This document shows, in pieces, positions 62,448-64,000 of a stretch of DNA of 64,000 nucleotides (its first letter is position 1; the number at the start of each line of letters is the position of its first letter). The stretch comes from a virus (lineage: Duplodnaviria > Caudoviricetes), in the IMG/VR virus record IMGVR_UViG_3300042268_000564. One strand, written 5' to 3'. A program made the position numbers and the translations under genes. The notes beneath the pieces are model-generated. The model was given only the letters and a program-made list of their open reading frames with translations. It did not search any database and was not told the origin of the DNA.

Positions 62448-64000
62448 TTAGATTGCAGTGATTGTCGCAGGAACTTCTACGCCGTTTACTTTGATTTTGT
62501 AAGAATCTGCCCCATTCGGTGGTGTATCCCAAGTGATAACGACGTCGTTTGTTTTTGTGTCAGTAATTATACTGTTTAAAGGTGCGTCAGGCAGAGTGAG
62601 TATATTTACAATCAAAGTCGCAGACTCGGATTCATTCCAACTAGTTTGATATACCTTGAAATTATAATCACTGTTTGCTGATAAGCCCACTACACTTGTT
62701 GATAGAATGTCGTTCGGCATTGTCTGAATAGGTATGCCGTCTTGATATAATGTGCATGTTGCATAAGTCGCAGAAGTAATCAAAACAGTTATATCTGGCA
62801 CATCTCCCAATCCAGCGTATTCATATCCAAAACCTGTTATACTTCCATCCCCATGTAATACATAATTATAAAAATAATTGGATTGCAAACTTATAACATT
62901 TGTTAGTTCAGCAGGGATATTATTTATTGCCCCGTTATAATCGCTCCCCCAACCAACAATAGTATTGTCAGCTTTTAAAGCCATGCTTCTGAAAAAACCA
63001 CCAGTTATATCAATAACACCAGTTAAGCCAGTTGGCACGTCGCATTGTCCATAATCATTGCGTCCCCAAGCTACTACCGTGCCATCTGTTTTAAGTGCTA
63101 ATGAGTGATTCGGGCCTGCGGCTATTTTTTTAACACCAGTTAAGCCAGTTGGCACGTTGCACTGACCGTAATCATTGCGCCCCCAAGCTACTACCGTGTT
63201 GTCGGGCATGAGAGCTAATGAATGAAAATTGCCACAAACGATTTGTTTAATATCTAGCAACTCTGTGAAAGGCACATCACATTGTCCATACGTATTATCA
63301 CCCCAAGCAACAATATTACCAATTGCTTTTAAAGCAAGGCAAAAATCTTGTCCTGCGGCTATTTTTTTAACACCAGTTAAGCCAGTTGGCACGTCGCATT
63401 GTCCGTAATCATTGCTCCCCCAAGCTACTACCGTGCCATCTGTTTTAAGTGCTAATGAATTCCATCTACTTGCCACAGCCTGTCTAACACCAGTTAAGCC
63501 AGTTGGTACGTCGCATTGACCGAAGTTATTGTCGCCCCATGCGACCACTGAGGCATCCGCTTTAACGGCTAATGTGTGAATAGCACATGAGCTTGTACAT
63601 AAGCCTAAAACGTCTTCGGTAGACGAAGTTATAAGATTATCCCAGCTTAAGTCAACTGTGTTTTTTGTTATTGCGTCAACAGTGATAAAACCACTAGCGG
63701 TAGTTGTAGTATATGTAGACGACATTGCTGATTCGTTGGTTGCGCTGACAGCTTTAACTGTAACGTTATATATAGCGTTTTCAACAAGCCCACTAAAACT
63801 TATGCTGTTTGCCGTTGTGGTGTTATACAAGCTGCTGTTCAAATATACCTCATAAGATGTTGCGTCAGCAACCGCATCCCACGTCAAGTCAAAGCCTGTG
63901 GGGTGAGAATTCGTCTCTATTAAATTCGTTGGCGAATTTAATAGCGTCAAGGTTGTTGCAATATTCCCTGCCGACTCACCTGTTTCATTAACTGACTTAA
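62448..64000 (-). CDS. FN3 + 7-bladed RCC1-repeat protein (5' end lies beyond the window)
   Basis: frame open to the window edge (KSVNETGESAG...); seven HSLAL..DGTVVAWG.N.YGQCDVP repeats, ~117-bp DNA units. Confidence 0.9.
   Translation of the reverse strand, partial: KSVNETGESAGNIATTLTLLNSPTNLIETNSHPTGFDLTWDAVADATSYEVYLNSSLYNTTTANSISFSGLVENAIYNVTVKAVSATNESAMSSTYTTTTASGFITVDAITKNTVDLSWDNLITSSTEDVLGLCTSSCAIHTLAVKADASVVAWGDNNFGQCDVPTGLTGVRQAVASRWNSLALKTDGTVVAWGSNDYGQCDVPTGLTGVKKIAAGQDFCLALKAIGNIVAWGDNTYGQCDVPFTELLDIKQIVCGNFHSLALMPDNTVVAWGRNDYGQCNVPTGLTGVKKIAAGPNHSLALKTDGTVVAWGRNDYGQCDVPTGLTGVIDITGGFFRSMALKADNTIVGWGSDYNGAINNIPAELTNVISLQSNYFYNYVLHGDGSITGFGYEYAGLGDVPDITVLITSATYATCTLYQDGIPIQTMPNDILSTSVVGLSANSDYNFKVYQTSWNESESATLIVNILTLPDAPLNSIITDTKTNDVVITWDTPPNGADSYKIKVNGVEVPATITAI

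Noticed and set aside
63010-63530. diversity-generating retroelement TR/VR pair
   Set aside because: Repeats are in-frame RCC1 blades within one gene, differences do not look adenine-specific, and no reverse transcriptase is in the window
1-64000. stop-codon reassignment
   Set aside because: RecA, TopA, UNG, TK and others are full length in code 11, and TAA, TGA and TAG all terminate genes
1-64000. tRNA/rRNA genes and tandem guide-RNA arrays
   Set aside because: No cloverleaf, rRNA-like or periodic non-coding array seen in the short intergenic regions; a tRNAscan/Infernal run would be needed to exclude them fully

Overview
AT-rich, gene-dense 64-kb segment that reads as part of a large (jumbo-type) dsDNA bacteriophage genome in the standard genetic code. 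No capsid, terminase or integrase is visible in the window, so the phage call is an inference from gene content and layout. It has many short hypothetical ORFs in alternating blocks; a recombination/replication cluster (HNH, Cas4-like PD-(D/E)XK protein, Pol III delta, Rad52-like annealase, HU, RecA, TopA); three sigma70-like genes; nucleotide/DNA enzymes (thymidine kinase, UNG, DNA methyltransferase, 5'-3' exonuclease); GHKL ATPase, WGR and MoxR-vWA genes; two solo TnpB elements; an intein-split transglutaminase-like protein; an outer-membrane beta-barrel; and FN3/RCC1/LamG surface or virion proteins. The most striking observation is a three-gene FN3 operon (4592-9943) in which Ig/FN3 domains appear split between separate polypeptides. 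Two large proteins each begin with only strands A-B, and a small hub protein carries two domains lacking exactly strands A-B. This suggests an undescribed strand-complementation docking system. Also notable is a window-wide promoter class TTGACA-N16-TATAAT with invariant 16-bp spacing, often reusing the upstream stop codon, sometimes leaderless, and often with the spacer complementary to its own 5' UTR/RBS. All calls come from reading motifs by eye; no searches were run.
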